From assembly GCA_046725875.1 (NCBI GenBank), contig JBKOZJ010000102.1:1-55317 (forward strand): DNA of 55,317 nucleotides, written 5' to 3'. Under the pieces are notes generated by a model. The model ran no database searches. It was given only the letters and a program-made list of their open reading frames with translations, and was not told the origin of the DNA. Positions 9,632 through 21,519 of the stretch are shown here, piece by piece. Source of the DNA: Actinomycetota bacterium. Its GTDB lineage: Bacteria > Actinomycetota > Actinomycetes > JAKEEW01. Every line of letters begins with the position of its first letter. The first letter of the stretch is position 1. The translations under genes and the position numbers were made by a program.

Positions 9632-10926
9632 GTACGCTCGTCGTCGGTTTGTCCCACCACAGCGCACCGGTCCCGCTGCTGGAGCGGGTGGCGCTGACCG
9701 GCGACGCGCTTACCAAGCTCATCCAGGACGTCGCCGCGGCCGGACCGGTCGGCGAGGTCGTGGTGCTCTCCACCTGCAACCGGGTCGAGGTATACGCCGA
9801 GGTCGGCAAGTTCCACGCGGCGGTAGGTGAGATCCCCGACCTGCTCGCCAGGCACGGTGGAGTGTCACTGCACGAGTTGACGCCGCATCTGTACGTGCAT
9901 TACGAGCAGCGGGCGGTCCAGCATCTCTACTCCGTCGCTTGCGGGCTCGAGTCGATGGTCATCGGCGAGGCACAGATCCTTGGTCAGGTGCGGGCGGCCT
10001 TGGCCCTCGCTCAGCGCCTCGGCACCGCGGGCCGGGTGCTCAACGAGCTGGTACAGCAGGCGTTGCGGGTCGGCAAGCGAGCGCACACCGAAACGGGAAT
10101 CGATCGCGCTGGTCAGTCCCTGGTCACCGTCGGGCTCGATCTCGTGGCGAGCGCGCTCGGCGCTCCGGTAAGCGGAAAGTCGGCGGTCGTCGTCGGCGCG
10201 GGCTCGATGTCGGCTCTCGCTGCCAAGACCCTCCACCGGCTCGGTGCCGGGCGGATCGTGGTCGCCAACCGCACGCCCAAGCGGGCCAGCCGTCTCGCTG
10301 AGCAGGTCGGCGGCGTGGCCGTCGCCCTGGGCCAGCTGGCCGGGGTAGCGGCTTCTGCAGATCTGGTTGTCTCTTGCACCGGCGCGACCGGTCTCGTGGT
10401 ATCCCGCGAGGCCGTCGAAGCGGCCCTCCTGCGGCGAGGTCGTCGCCGCCCGCTCGTGCTCCTGGATGTAGCGCTCCCCCGGGACATCGATCCAGGCGTG
10501 CGCACGCTGCCCGGCGTAACCCTGATCGACCTGGCGGCGATCGGCGAGGCCGGTGTGGGGGCCGAAGGTGTCGACGCCGTGCGCAAGATCGTCGCGGCAG
10601 AGGTAGGTGCGTATACAGGTCTGCAGCTCGAAGCACAGGTAGCACCGACCGTCGCTGCCCTGCGCTCGAAGGCGGCCGATGTTGTCGGCGCCGAACTGCG
10701 CCGCCTCGACCACCGCCTCGAGCTGACCGACCAAGCCCGGCAGGAGGTAGCGCAAACCGTCCACCGCGTCGTCGAGAAGCTGCTTCATGCACCGACCGTA
10801 CGGATCAAGGAGCTGGCCGGTGAGCGGGACGGGCACGGCTATGCCGAGGCCCTGCGGGTCCTCTTCGATCTCGATCCCGCCACCGTGGCCGCGGTCACCC
10901 GCGCCGATCCAGGGGAGCCGGCATGA
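9628..10926 (+). CDS. hemA: Glutamyl-tRNA reductase
   Basis: VGLSHHSAP, catalytic STCNRVEVY, GEAQILGQV, GAGSM, DVALPRDID, KLLHAPT. Confidence 0.97.
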   Translation: MSTLVVGLSHHSAPVPLLERVALTGDALTKLIQDVAAAGPVGEVVVLSTCNRVEVYAEVGKFHAAVGEIPDLLARHGGVSLHELTPHLYVHYEQRAVQHLYSVACGLESMVIGEAQILGQVRAALALAQRLGTAGRVLNELVQQALRVGKRAHTETGIDRAGQSLVTVGLDLVASALGAPVSGKSAVVVGAGSMSALAAKTLHRLGAGRIVVANRTPKRASRLAEQVGGVAVALGQLAGVAASADLVVSCTGATGLVVSREAVEAALLRRGRRRPLVLLDVALPRDIDPGVRTLPGVTLIDLAAIGEAGVGAEGVDAVRKIVAAEVGAYTGLQLEAQVAPTVAALRSKAADVVGAELRRLDHRLELTDQARQEVAQTVHRVVEKLLHAPTVRIKELAGERDGHGYAEALRVLFDLDPATVAAVTRADPGEPA

Positions 10927-11852
10927 GTGGACCGGTCAGGATCGGCACCCGGCGCAGTACGCTCGCCCGGGCGCAGTCTCGCACGGTCGCCGATGCGCTC
11001 GCCGCCGAGACGGGTCGTCGGGTGGAGCTCGTCGAGATCGTCACCCATGGCGACGTGACGACCGAACCGCTCGCGGAGATCGGTGGCACCGGTGTCTTCG
11101 TGAGTGCTCTGCGCGACGCGGTACTCGTGGGTGATGTCGACCTCGCCGTTCACTCGTACAAGGACCTGCCCACGGCCCTGGCCGGCGGGCTCACCGTGGC
11201 CGCCGTACCACCGCGGGAGGACCCGCGAGACGTGCTCGTCGCGGCCGACGGCCGCAAACTAGCAGACCTCCGGCCGGGCGCAACGGTAGGTACTGGTTCG
11301 CCGCGGCGGGCCGCGCAGCTGCTCGCACTGCGGCCCGACCTCGACATCAAGCCGATCCGCGGCAACGTCGACACCCGTCTCCGCCTCGTCGCCTCGGGCA
11401 AGGTCGACGCGATCGTCCTCGCCCGAGCCGGGCTGGCCCGGCTTGGTCGCCTCGATGAGGCAACCCAGGTACTTGACGTCGACGAAGTCCTCCCCGCGCC
11501 GGCCCAGGGGGCGCTCGCCGTCGAATGCCGGTCAGACACCGAGCTCGCCGCCGTAATCGCCGCGCTCGACGATCCGGACAGCCGGGCGGCGGTCGAGGCC
11601 GAGCGCAGCCTGCTCGCCACGCTCGAAGCCGGCTGCACCGCCCCGATCGGCGCCTTTGCCGAGGTGGTCTCGGCAGGAGACGTCGCGGGGGGTCTCTTCC
11701 TACGTGCCACGGTCTTGTCCGTCGACGGGGTCGTCAGAATCCGTATGTCCACCACCGGCTCCGCCGGCGATCCAAGCGGGCTGGGTGCTGACCTGGCCGC
11801 GAGGATGCTCGCAGACGGCGCCGCTGCTCTGATTGGGGAGCGTCACAAGTGA
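10923..11852 (+). CDS. hemC: Hydroxymethylbilane synthase
   Basis: IGTRRSTLA, AVHSYKDLPT, GTGSPRR, IRGNVDTRL, PAPAQGAL, cofactor Cys in EAGCTAP. Confidence 0.97.
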   Translation: MSGPVRIGTRRSTLARAQSRTVADALAAETGRRVELVEIVTHGDVTTEPLAEIGGTGVFVSALRDAVLVGDVDLAVHSYKDLPTALAGGLTVAAVPPREDPRDVLVAADGRKLADLRPGATVGTGSPRRAAQLLALRPDLDIKPIRGNVDTRLRLVASGKVDAIVLARAGLARLGRLDEATQVLDVDEVLPAPAQGALAVECRSDTELAAVIAALDDPDSRAAVEAERSLLATLEAGCTAPIGAFAEVVSAGDVAGGLFLRATVLSVDGVVRIRMSTTGSAGDPSGLGADLAARMLADGAAALIGERHK

Positions 11853-13456
11853 GCCGCACCCGCTTTGAGAAGCCTGCCGGGTTCGTCGCCTTCGTCGGCG
11901 CCGGCCCTGGCGACCCGGACCTGCTGACCCTGCGTGCGGTCGACTTGCTGCGTCGCGCCGAGGTGGTCGTACTCGACGACCTTTCTCGGGAGCCGTTCCT
12001 GCGCCACTGCCCGGCCGACGTGGAGGTGCTCGACGGCGCGTTCGGAACAGATGGGGAGCCGCTGGTCGCCGCCGCACGGGCGAAGCTCGCCGTGGAGCCT
12101 GCCAGGCGTGGTCGGCGAGTCGTCCGCCTTCTCGATGGAGATCCCGGGACATACGGGTCACTTGCCGACGAGGCCAGCGCGTGTGTAAAGGCGAAGGTGC
12201 CATTCGAGGTCGTGCCGGGAGTGTCCGCGGTAACCGCGGTTCCGGAGTACGCCGGTGTGCCGCTCACCTCGCGCTCCATCTACGAGGTCCGGGTCATCGA
12301 TGCCACGGAGGACCTCGAGCTTGACTGGGAACTGTATGCCGATCCTGGCCTCACGCTCGTCCTGCTCAACGGCGTCGGCAGCATCGGCCGCACCGCCAAG
12401 GCGCTGATCGCGGCCGGGCGCAAGCCGAACACTCCGGTCGTGGTCACCTCGCGCGGAGCCACGACCGAGCAGCGGTCGGTCGCGTCCACCCTCGAGCAGA
12501 TCACTGCCGACCTGCGGTCCGCGCGGATGACCGGCCCGGCGATGACAGTCATCGGCGACGTCGTGAAATACCGCGAGTCGCTGTCCTGGTGGGAGACGAA
12601 GCCCCTCTTCGGCTGGCGGGTCCTGGTGCCGCGGACCAAGGAACAGGCTGGTGTACTTGCCGATCAGCTCCGGATCTACGGCGCGATCCCGCAGGAGGTA
12701 CCGACAATCTCGGTCGAACCACCCAGGACACCGCAGCAGATGGAGCGCGCGATCAAAGGTCTGGTTACCGGGCGGTACGAGTGGATCGCCTTCACCTCGG
12801 TGAATGCGGTCAAGGCGGTGCGCGAGAAGTTCGAGGAGTACGGCCTGGACGCCCGGGCCTTCGCCGGCATCAAGGTGGCGGCCGTCGGCGAGCGGACTGC
12901 GGCAGCCATCCGCGAGTTCGGGGTGAAGCCGGACCTAGTCCCGTCCGGCGAGCAGTCCGCGGCCGGCCTACTGGCCGACTTCCCGCCCTATGACAGAGTC
13001 TTCGACCCGATCAATCGGGTGTTCCTGCCCCGCGCGGACATTGCCACCGAGACGCTCGCCGCCGGCCTGGTCGAGCTCGGCTGGGAGGTGGACGACGTCA
13101 CCGCCTACCGGACGGTCCGGGCCGCCCCACCGCCGGCCGAGACCCGCGAGGCGATCAAGGGCGGCGGCTTCGACGCGGTGGTCTTCACCTCGTCGTCCAC
13201 GGTCCGCAACCTCGTAGGGATCGCCGGCAAGCCGCACTCTGCGACCGTCATCGCGTGCATCGGGCCGCAGACAGCGAAGACCGCCGAGGAGCATGGGCTC
13301 CGAGTGGACGTCCTCGCCGCCGAACCGTCCGTTTCGGCCCTGGCCGACGCGCTCGCGGAGTACGGTGCAAGCCGCAGGCTGGCACTGCTCGAGGCGGGTG
13401 AGCCGGTAACCAGGCCGAGCGAGCGGCGCAGCGCCGCCCGTCGCCGGGCGAAGTAA
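11849..13456 (+). CDS. hemD: Bifunctional uroporphyrinogen-III C-methyltransferase / uroporphyrinogen-III synthase
   Basis: N-terminal [12 protein letters not shown] and VVPGVS (CobA-like); C-terminal [39 protein letters not shown] (HemD). Confidence 0.95.
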   Translation: MSRTRFEKPAGFVAFVGAGPGDPDLLTLRAVDLLRRAEVVVLDDLSREPFLRHCPADVEVLDGAFGTDGEPLVAAARAKLAVEPARRGRRVVRLLDGDPGTYGSLADEASACVKAKVPFEVVPGVSAVTAVPEYAGVPLTSRSIYEVRVIDATEDLELDWELYADPGLTLVLLNGVGSIGRTAKALIAAGRKPNTPVVVTSRGATTEQRSVASTLEQITADLRSARMTGPAMTVIGDVVKYRESLSWWETKPLFGWRVLVPRTKEQAGVLADQLRIYGAIPQEVPTISVEPPRTPQQMERAIKGLVTGRYEWIAFTSVNAVKAVREKFEEYGLDARAFAGIKVAAVGERTAAAIREFGVKPDLVPSGEQSAAGLLADFPPYDRVFDPINRVFLPRADIATETLAAGLVELGWEVDDVTAYRTVRAAPPPAETREAIKGGGFDAVVFTSSSTVRNLVGIAGKPHSATVIACIGPQTAKTAEEHGLRVDVLAAEPSVSALADALAEYGASRRLALLEAGEPVTRPSERRSAARRRAK

Positions 13457-13473
13457 CGAAGGAACGGCGCCAG

Positions 13474-14466
13474 ATGATGCCTGGGGAAAGGCCTCTAATC
13501 CCGGATAGCAGACCCCGTCGCCTACGGCAGTCCGCCGCCATGCGGCGGCTCGTGGCGGAGTCGACGCTCGAGCCGCGGCAGCTTGTGCTCCCGCTCTTCG
13601 TCAAGGAGGGCGCGACCGAGCCGATCCCGGTCCAGTCCATGCCTGGGGTGGTGCAGCACACGCGGGAGTCGCTGCGCAAAGCGGCCTACGAGGCGGTAGC
13701 GGCCGGTGTGGGCGGGCTGATGCTCTTCGGGATCCCTTTGCACAAGGACGCGATCGGGTCGGGCGCCACCGATCCGCGCGGGATTCTGCAGCTGGCGTTG
13801 CGCGATCTCGTGGCCGAGGTCGGCGATGCCACCGTCGTCATGAGCGACCTGTGCCTGGACGAGTTCACCGACCACGGGCACTGCGGCGTACTGTCCGCCG
13901 ACGGTTCGGTAGACAACGATGCGACGCTTATCCGCTACGCCGAGATGGCGCTTGCGCAGGCTGAGGCCGGAACGCACGTGGTCGGCCTGTCCGGGATGAT
14001 GGACGGCCAGGTCGGCTTCGTCCGTGGCGCGCTCGACGCGGCCGGGCGGACCAACATTGGCATCCTCGCTTACGCGGCCAAATACGCGTCCTCCTTCTTT
14101 GGGCCGTTCCGGGAGGCGGTTGAGTCGTCGCTCGTCGGCAACCGGCGCACGTATCAGATGGATCCCGCGAATGGCCGGGAGGCACTGCGCGAGGCCCGGC
14201 TCGATGTCGCAGAGGGAGCCGACATTGTTCTGGTCAAGCCGGCCATGTCCTATCTCGACGTGCTGTGGCGGATACGTGACGCGGTTGAGGTGCCGGTCGC
14301 GGCCTACCAGGTCTCCGGCGAGTACGCGATGGTCGAGGCGGCAGCGGCCAACGGATGGATCGACCGGGAGCGGTCCATCATCGAGACCCTGCTGTCCATC
14401 CACCGGGCCGGCGCCGACATCATCCTCACCTACTGGGCCGCCGAGGTTGCCCGCACGCTCCGCTAA
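13474..14466 (+). CDS. hemB: Porphobilinogen synthase
   Basis: [56 protein letters not shown]. Confidence 0.98.
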   Translation: MMPGERPLIPDSRPRRLRQSAAMRRLVAESTLEPRQLVLPLFVKEGATEPIPVQSMPGVVQHTRESLRKAAYEAVAAGVGGLMLFGIPLHKDAIGSGATDPRGILQLALRDLVAEVGDATVVMSDLCLDEFTDHGHCGVLSADGSVDNDATLIRYAEMALAQAEAGTHVVGLSGMMDGQVGFVRGALDAAGRTNIGILAYAAKYASSFFGPFREAVESSLVGNRRTYQMDPANGREALREARLDVAEGADIVLVKPAMSYLDVLWRIRDAVEVPVAAYQVSGEYAMVEAAAANGWIDRERSIIETLLSIHRAGADIILTYWAAEVARTLR

Positions 14467-14548
14467 GCCATCGATGGCGGGAAGTGGATACAGTGCCTGG
14501 GATGGACGAGTGTGATAGTCCTACCCTGACTCGGCGGGGGAACCGGCG

Positions 14549-15937
14549 GTGAGCGGCACCGTCCTCGATGTTCTCCTTGTCATCTTCCTGATCTTCGTCG
14601 GCGGGTTCTTCGCCGCCGCGGAGATGGCGCTCGTCTCGATCAGGGAGAGCCAGGTCAAGGCGCTCAGCCAGGACCCGAAGCGGGCGAAGCGGGCCGCCTG
14701 GGTGGCGAAGCTGCAGGAGGATCCGAACCGGTTCCTCGCCGCGGTACAGATCGGCGTCACCCTCGCCGGGTTCCTGTCCGCCGCCGTTGGCGGTGCGACC
14801 CTGGCCGACGATCTCGCACCCAAGCTCGAAGACTTGGGCCTTCCTGAGGGCGTCTCGCAGACCCTTGCGCTCGTCGGCGTGACGCTGATGATCTCGTACG
14901 TCTCGCTCGTCCTCGGCGAGCTCGCGCCCAAGCGCATCGCTCTGCAGCGGGCCGAGGGGCTCTCCCTGCTCGTCGCTCCGCTGCTGGACCGGCTCGCGAC
15001 GCTTTCCCGACCGATCATCTGGCTGCTGTCTGCGTCGACGAACGCCGTCGTGCGGCTCGCGGGCGCCGACCCTCAGGTGGGGCGGGAGGAGATCACCGAG
15101 GAGGAGCTGCGCGATCTCGTTGCCGGCCACCGGACTCTTGGCAAGCAAGAACGGGAGCTGATCGATGAGGTCTTCGCCGCCGGCGAGCGCCAGATCAGGG
15201 AGGTGATGGTCCCGCGCACGGAGGTGGAGTTCATGGACGCGTCGACGCCGGTCTTCAAGGCCGTCAAGGTGGCCGTGGCCAAGCCACACTCGCGCTATCC
15301 GGTGTTCCGTGGCTCGCACGACGACGTGCTCGGCTTCGTGCACGTACGCGACCTGTTCAATCCCGAGCTGTCCGGCCGATCGGTTCGGGTCGGCGACCTC
15401 GCCCGGGATGTCATGATGCTGCCCGCCACGAAGCCTGTGCTGCCGTCCCTGTCGGAGATGCAGCGGGAGGGCCAGCATCTCGCGATCGTGGTCGATGAGT
15501 ACGGCGGCACCGCGGGCATCGTCACGCTCGAAGATCTCGTCGAGGAGTTCGTCGGGGACATCAGGGACGAGTACGACGTCGCCGTCCCGCAGGCGGCTCG
15601 CCGGCTCGGCAGTGGCGACATGGAAGTCGACGGACTGCTCAATCTGGAGGACTTCACCGAGGAGACGGGAATCACCCTGCCCGAGGGGCCATATGAGACG
15701 GTTGCCGGCTTTGTGATCTCCCGGCTCGGCCGCGTGGCCGAAGTCGGCGACCAGGTTGATGTCGACGGTTACCGGCTCACGGTGATCGAGTGCGACGGCC
15801 GCCGCATCGCCCGCCTTCGCGCCTCCGTGCTCCCGAGCGCTGGGGCGGAATCGCCACCGGCGATCGCCGTCCCGGCGACGGCTCATGTAGCATCCGGTCC
15901 TCCGCCAGGTGAGGCCGACCGCCGGGAAACCACCTGA
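14549..15937 (+). CDS. Hemolysin-family (CNNM/DUF21-CBS-CorC) membrane protein
   Basis: FFAAAEMALVS, VQIGVTL, GELAPKRIAL, EVMVPRTE, HSRYPV, VVDEYGGTAGIVTLEDLVEE, YETVAGF. Confidence 0.95.
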   Translation: MSGTVLDVLLVIFLIFVGGFFAAAEMALVSIRESQVKALSQDPKRAKRAAWVAKLQEDPNRFLAAVQIGVTLAGFLSAAVGGATLADDLAPKLEDLGLPEGVSQTLALVGVTLMISYVSLVLGELAPKRIALQRAEGLSLLVAPLLDRLATLSRPIIWLLSASTNAVVRLAGADPQVGREEITEEELRDLVAGHRTLGKQERELIDEVFAAGERQIREVMVPRTEVEFMDASTPVFKAVKVAVAKPHSRYPVFRGSHDDVLGFVHVRDLFNPELSGRSVRVGDLARDVMMLPATKPVLPSLSEMQREGQHLAIVVDEYGGTAGIVTLEDLVEEFVGDIRDEYDVAVPQAARRLGSGDMEVDGLLNLEDFTEETGITLPEGPYETVAGFVISRLGRVAEVGDQVDVDGYRLTVIECDGRRIARLRASVLPSAGAESPPAIAVPATAHVASGPPPGEADRRETT

Positions 15938-17512
<1,575 letters not shown>

Positions 17513-17517
<5 letters not shown>

Positions 17518-17592
17518 ATGTGCCGTTGGCTCGAACCTATCGACTCAGCGGCACATTCATACCCGAGCCTTTCGAGCGAATGGCACATTCAT
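17513..17592. repeat. REP-like palindrome cluster (GGCACATTCAT family)
   Basis: ATGAATGTGCCGTTG (17514-17528) pairs with CAGCGGCACATTCAT (17546-17560); third arm GGCACATTCAT at 17582-17592; another copy at 1-20. Confidence 0.7.
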
Positions 17593-17748
17593 GCGAACCT
17601 TGCCGGATGGGCGCCGGTGGTCCCGCATAACGTGGAGCGAAGCGGAGTGCTTTCGTGCCGTGCACACCCGGACGCCGCTCCCAACAGGCGAGGTTGTTCA
17701 GCACTGTCGGGCGGCCGTTCTTAGTGGGCACGCGGGACGGGTATCTGC

Positions 17749-19524
17749 TTGATCGTGTTCCTCGCGCTCGACCGGCGGTTCGCTCGGGCCAAGGGCGCCG
17801 CGGCCGCAGTCCTTCGGGACCGCCGGGCGGCTTGGCCGTGGTTCGACCACCTCGTCGGCGCGGTTGAGCGATACCGCAACATGCGGGGTGACCGCGAGGC
17901 GGCCACGGTCACCTATCACGGCTTCCTGTCCTTCTTCCCGCTGGTCGTCGTCGGTTTCGCGATACTCAGCTATCTGAGTGGGTTGTTTCCCGGCCTGCGC
18001 GCCGGCATCGAGCGGCAGATCGAGGCAACCTTCCCAGGCATGGTCGGCGACGGACCCGGTCAGATCAACCTGGACGCGATCGCGAACTCGCAAACCGGCG
18101 TGGGGCTCGTCGGCCTAGCTCTACTGCTCTACACCGGTTCGATGTGGGTGAGCTCCCTGCGGGAGGCCGTGCATGCCATGTGGACGGGTGAGAGGGACGG
18201 CGGCCCGACTCCGATCATCGGGAAGCTCACCGACGTCAGCGTCCTCGCGCTGCTCGGCCTGGTGACCTTGGGCTCCGTGGCGGTCTCCGGAGGAGCCAAC
18301 TGGATCGCAAGACAACTCGTCGACCTCCTCGGCGCAGCGGGCCCGCTCGCGACGTTCGCGGGCCGAGTGACCCTCACTATCGCATCAGTCGCGATCAACA
18401 CAGTCCTCTTCGCAGTCATGTACTGGCGCCTGGCCGGGCGGACGATTCGCCCGCAGCGGCTGTGGAGCGGCGCCCTTCTGGCGTCTGTCGGCTTCGAGAT
18501 CCTGCGCCTCGCGGCCAGCCTGCTGCTCGGCCATACGTTGCAAAACCCGATCTATACCAGCTTCGCGATGGTCGTGGCGCTGCTCTTGTGGATCAACTTC
18601 AGTACCCGGGTCATCCTCCTCGCGGCGGCGTGGTCGGCGACCGGGCCGGCTTCGCGGGCGGACCTCCGTACGGATCTAGCCCCCACTCGGTCGGCCCGGA
18701 ACCCGGCCACGCCGGCGAGTACGCGAGAATCGGCTCCGATTCAACCAAAAGGAGCCCATATGCCCGACCGCGCGGCCTCCGTGGTGTTCGACCGGATCGC
18801 TGAGGAGTACGACGAGACCCGGGGCGGCGAGTCTCGGGCCCAAGCGGTCGCGACCATGCTGGCGAGACAGCTGCCCGCGGACTATCTCGTGCTCGAGATC
18901 GGGGTCGGTACTGGAATCGTGGCGAGCGCGCTGGCCGAGCGCGGCTTCTCGATAGTCGGTGTGGATCTCTCGGTGCCCATGCTTCGAAAGGCCCAAGAGC
19001 GATTGGGCTCACGAGTCGTTAACGGGGACGCCCTGCGGCTGCCGATCGCTTCGCACTCGGTCCACACGGCCTATTCGGTCTGGGTGCTGCACCTCGTCGC
19101 CGACGTGCGAACCGCATTTGCCGAGATCGCGCGCGTCCTCGTTTCCGGCGGCGAACTCGTCGTGATCCCGTCCGTGGAGCACGATGCCGACGATTTGAGC
19201 GACGTCACAGTGCTGACCCGTCCTCTGATCGAGAAGCTGCGACCCCCGCAGGACCGGCCGCAGCGCCTCACCGTACTCGCGGCGGAGGCCGGACTCGGCC
19301 TCGTATCTGAGGAGACCTTTGAGAGCGAGGTCTATGAGGAGAGTCCGAACGCCATCGCCGAGCGGATTGAGCGGCGGATCTACTCGGCGCTGTGGGATGT
19401 CGACGACGCGACGTGGCAGCGCGAGGTCATCCCCGTCGTTTCCGCACTGCGGGCCCTCCCCGAGCCGGCCCGCCCCCGACAGATGCGCAACACCAACGCC
19501 CTCCTCACCTTCCAGCGGCGATAA
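17749..19524 (+). CDS. YihY/BrkB membrane protein fused in frame to a class I SAM-dependent methyltransferase (internal start at 18760)
   Basis: YihY motifs AATVTYHGFLSFFPL and ALLLWINF with multiple TM helices; MTase motifs FDRIAEEYD, VLEIGVGTG, GVDLSVPML, GDALRLP, EIARVLVSGG; AAAAGGAG RBS before in-frame ATG18760; start may be GTG17755. Confidence 0.8.
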   Translation: MIVFLALDRRFARAKGAAAAVLRDRRAAWPWFDHLVGAVERYRNMRGDREAATVTYHGFLSFFPLVVVGFAILSYLSGLFPGLRAGIERQIEATFPGMVGDGPGQINLDAIANSQTGVGLVGLALLLYTGSMWVSSLREAVHAMWTGERDGGPTPIIGKLTDVSVLALLGLVTLGSVAVSGGANWIARQLVDLLGAAGPLATFAGRVTLTIASVAINTVLFAVMYWRLAGRTIRPQRLWSGALLASVGFEILRLAASLLLGHTLQNPIYTSFAMVVALLLWINFSTRVILLAAAWSATGPASRADLRTDLAPTRSARNPATPASTRESAPIQPKGAHMPDRAASVVFDRIAEEYDETRGGESRAQAVATMLARQLPADYLVLEIGVGTGIVASALAERGFSIVGVDLSVPMLRKAQERLGSRVVNGDALRLPIASHSVHTAYSVWVLHLVADVRTAFAEIARVLVSGGELVVIPSVEHDADDLSDVTVLTRPLIEKLRPPQDRPQRLTVLAAEAGLGLVSEETFESEVYEESPNAIAERIERRIYSALWDVDDATWQREVIPVVSALRALPEPARPRQMRNTNALLTFQRR

Positions 19525-19624
19525 CCGGAGTTTCGGCCTGTAAATGGCCAAGTTGTGCCGCGGGGTCTTCTCGGCGCGTTAGAACGCCCATACAGTAGCG
19601 GCCGTCCCGGAGAAAGGGGGTGCC

Positions 19625-21358
19625 ATGCGCAACCGCATGGTCATCGCTGCCGTGTTAGTCCTGGTCGCCGGGGGTCTCCTGGCCACCGTACCGGCGAACG
19701 CCGGCAGCGACGGAAAGGATCGTGAATACGTCGTCCAGTACAAGGAGGGCGCGTCGGCGGCAGATGCTCGGGCGGCGATCAGGGACGCCGGAGGAACGGT
19801 CGTCGACGAGATCACAGCGATCGGCCTCGCGAAGGTCCGAACCAGCAACCCGAGCTTCGTGTCCGAGGCCCTGGGTGAGCGCGCGCTCGCCGGCGTCGCG
19901 CGCAACCGGATCGTCGGGTACGCGGAACCCGCGCTTCAACCCAAAGTCGACGACGTCGAGTCACTGATCGCAGCCGACGGCGCCGGGCCGACGGTGACGG
20001 CGGCCGTCGACGCCGAGCCGCTCGCTAATCTGCAATGGGATATGGCGATGATCGACGCGACCGCCGATGGGTCGCATGCCGTCGACACGGGCAATCCGGA
20101 CGTCTTGGTCGGAATCATCGACACCGGCATCGACGCGTCGCATCCGGACCTGGCACCGAACTTCAGGGCGGATCTGAGTCGGAACTTCACCACCGACATC
20201 CCGCTGATCGATGGGGCGTGCAACCAGGAGCCGGATCACTCGTGCGACGACCCGTCCAATGTGGACGAGAACGGTCACGGCTCGCACACCGCCGGAACGG
20301 TTGCGGCGGCGTTGAATGGTCTCGGAATTGCCGGGGTTGCGCCCACGGTCAGCCTGGTCAACCTGCGCGCCGGTCAGGACTCGGGCTTCTTCTTCCTGTT
20401 CGAGACGCTTGCTGCGATCACGTACGCGGCCGACAACGGCATCGACGTGGTCAACATGAGCTTCTTCACGGACCCGTGGCTGTTCAACTGCACTGACAAT
20501 CCGCTCGACACGCCGACGGAGCAGGCGGAGCAGCAGACCGTCATCAACTCGTCGAACGACGCGTTGAACTACGCGCACAGCCATGGCGTGACGCTGATCG
20601 CCGCAGAGGGGAACGAGCACACCAACCTCGACAACCCGACATACGACGCGACCAGTCCCGACTTCCCGCCCGGAACGGAGAAGGTCAGGAACAACATCGA
20701 CAACGACTGCCTGATCATCCCGACTGAGGGTAACCATGTAATCTCGGTCAGCGCGCTAGGCCCGTCGGGCCGAAAGGCCTACTACTCCAACTACGGCCTC
20801 GAGCAGACCGTGGTGTCGGCCCCCGGGGGGGACCGTCGCGAGTTCTTCGGAACGGCCCAGTACAACAGCGCCGGGCTCCGAGTCCTCTCGACCTTTCCCG
20901 CGGATGTCGCGATGGAGGAGAAGCTGATCACGCGGAACTTCAAGCCGAGGACGCCACTGGCGGTGGTCGACTGTCGCGAGGGCCAGCCCAGCGAGAGCAC
21001 GTGCGGCGTGTACGCGTATCTTCAGGGCACCTCAATGGCGTCGCCCCACGCCGTCGGGGTCGCCGCGTTGATCATCAGCAGGATCGGATCCGGCACCGGC
21101 GCCGATTTTGGCGCCGATCCGACTGCCGTCGAGGCTGAGCTGCGAGCCACGGCGACCAACGCGGACGTCTTCTTCAACGGGATGGGCAAGAACTGGCGCG
21201 ACTTCTGTCCCGAGCCGCCAACACTGTTCCACTACGACGACCCCACGCTCCCAGCAAATGATCTCCCGGCCTGGGATGCCCTGTGCGAGGGGACCGCGGA
21301 CCTCAACGGGTTCTACGGCGATGGCGTGGTGAACGCCCTCGCGGCTGCGAACCCGTAG
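19625..21358 (+). CDS. Secreted S8 family (subtilisin-like) serine peptidase
   Basis: Signal peptide ending VPANA; catalytic triad IIDTGID / GHGSHTAG / GTSMASPH; oxyanion AAEGN; propeptide YVVQYK. Confidence 0.95.
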   Translation: MRNRMVIAAVLVLVAGGLLATVPANAGSDGKDREYVVQYKEGASAADARAAIRDAGGTVVDEITAIGLAKVRTSNPSFVSEALGERALAGVARNRIVGYAEPALQPKVDDVESLIAADGAGPTVTAAVDAEPLANLQWDMAMIDATADGSHAVDTGNPDVLVGIIDTGIDASHPDLAPNFRADLSRNFTTDIPLIDGACNQEPDHSCDDPSNVDENGHGSHTAGTVAAALNGLGIAGVAPTVSLVNLRAGQDSGFFFLFETLAAITYAADNGIDVVNMSFFTDPWLFNCTDNPLDTPTEQAEQQTVINSSNDALNYAHSHGVTLIAAEGNEHTNLDNPTYDATSPDFPPGTEKVRNNIDNDCLIIPTEGNHVISVSALGPSGRKAYYSNYGLEQTVVSAPGGDRREFFGTAQYNSAGLRVLSTFPADVAMEEKLITRNFKPRTPLAVVDCREGQPSESTCGVYAYLQGTSMASPHAVGVAALIISRIGSGTGADFGADPTAVEAELRATATNADVFFNGMGKNWRDFCPEPPTLFHYDDPTLPANDLPAWDALCEGTADLNGFYGDGVVNALAAANP

Positions 21359-21361
21359 ACC

Positions 21362-21420
21362 GCGAACGAGCCGAGCGAGCCGCCCGGTGGGCCTCCCGCC
21401 CTGGGGCGGCTCGTTCGCTT
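21362..21420. terminator. Probable bidirectional terminator hairpin between S8 protease and valS
   Basis: GCGAACGAGCCG (21362-21373) is the perfect reverse complement of CGGCTCGTTCGC (21407-21418); alternative inner arm GAGCGAGCCGCCC; convergent genes. Confidence 0.65.
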
Positions 21421-21519
21421 AACCCCTCGAGCGTTTGTCGAGGTCGACCCGGCTGGGAGGACAGACTCGCACGTCGGGTCAGGGCTGGACTTCAAAGGTT
21501 CGCAGGCAGACTTCTGAGG

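Noticed and set aside
19625..21358. S8 protease as part of a RiPP cluster or defence system
   Set aside because: It is secreted and standalone, with no precursor peptide, modifying enzyme or AAA ATPase partner; the neighbouring MTase shows no evident link.
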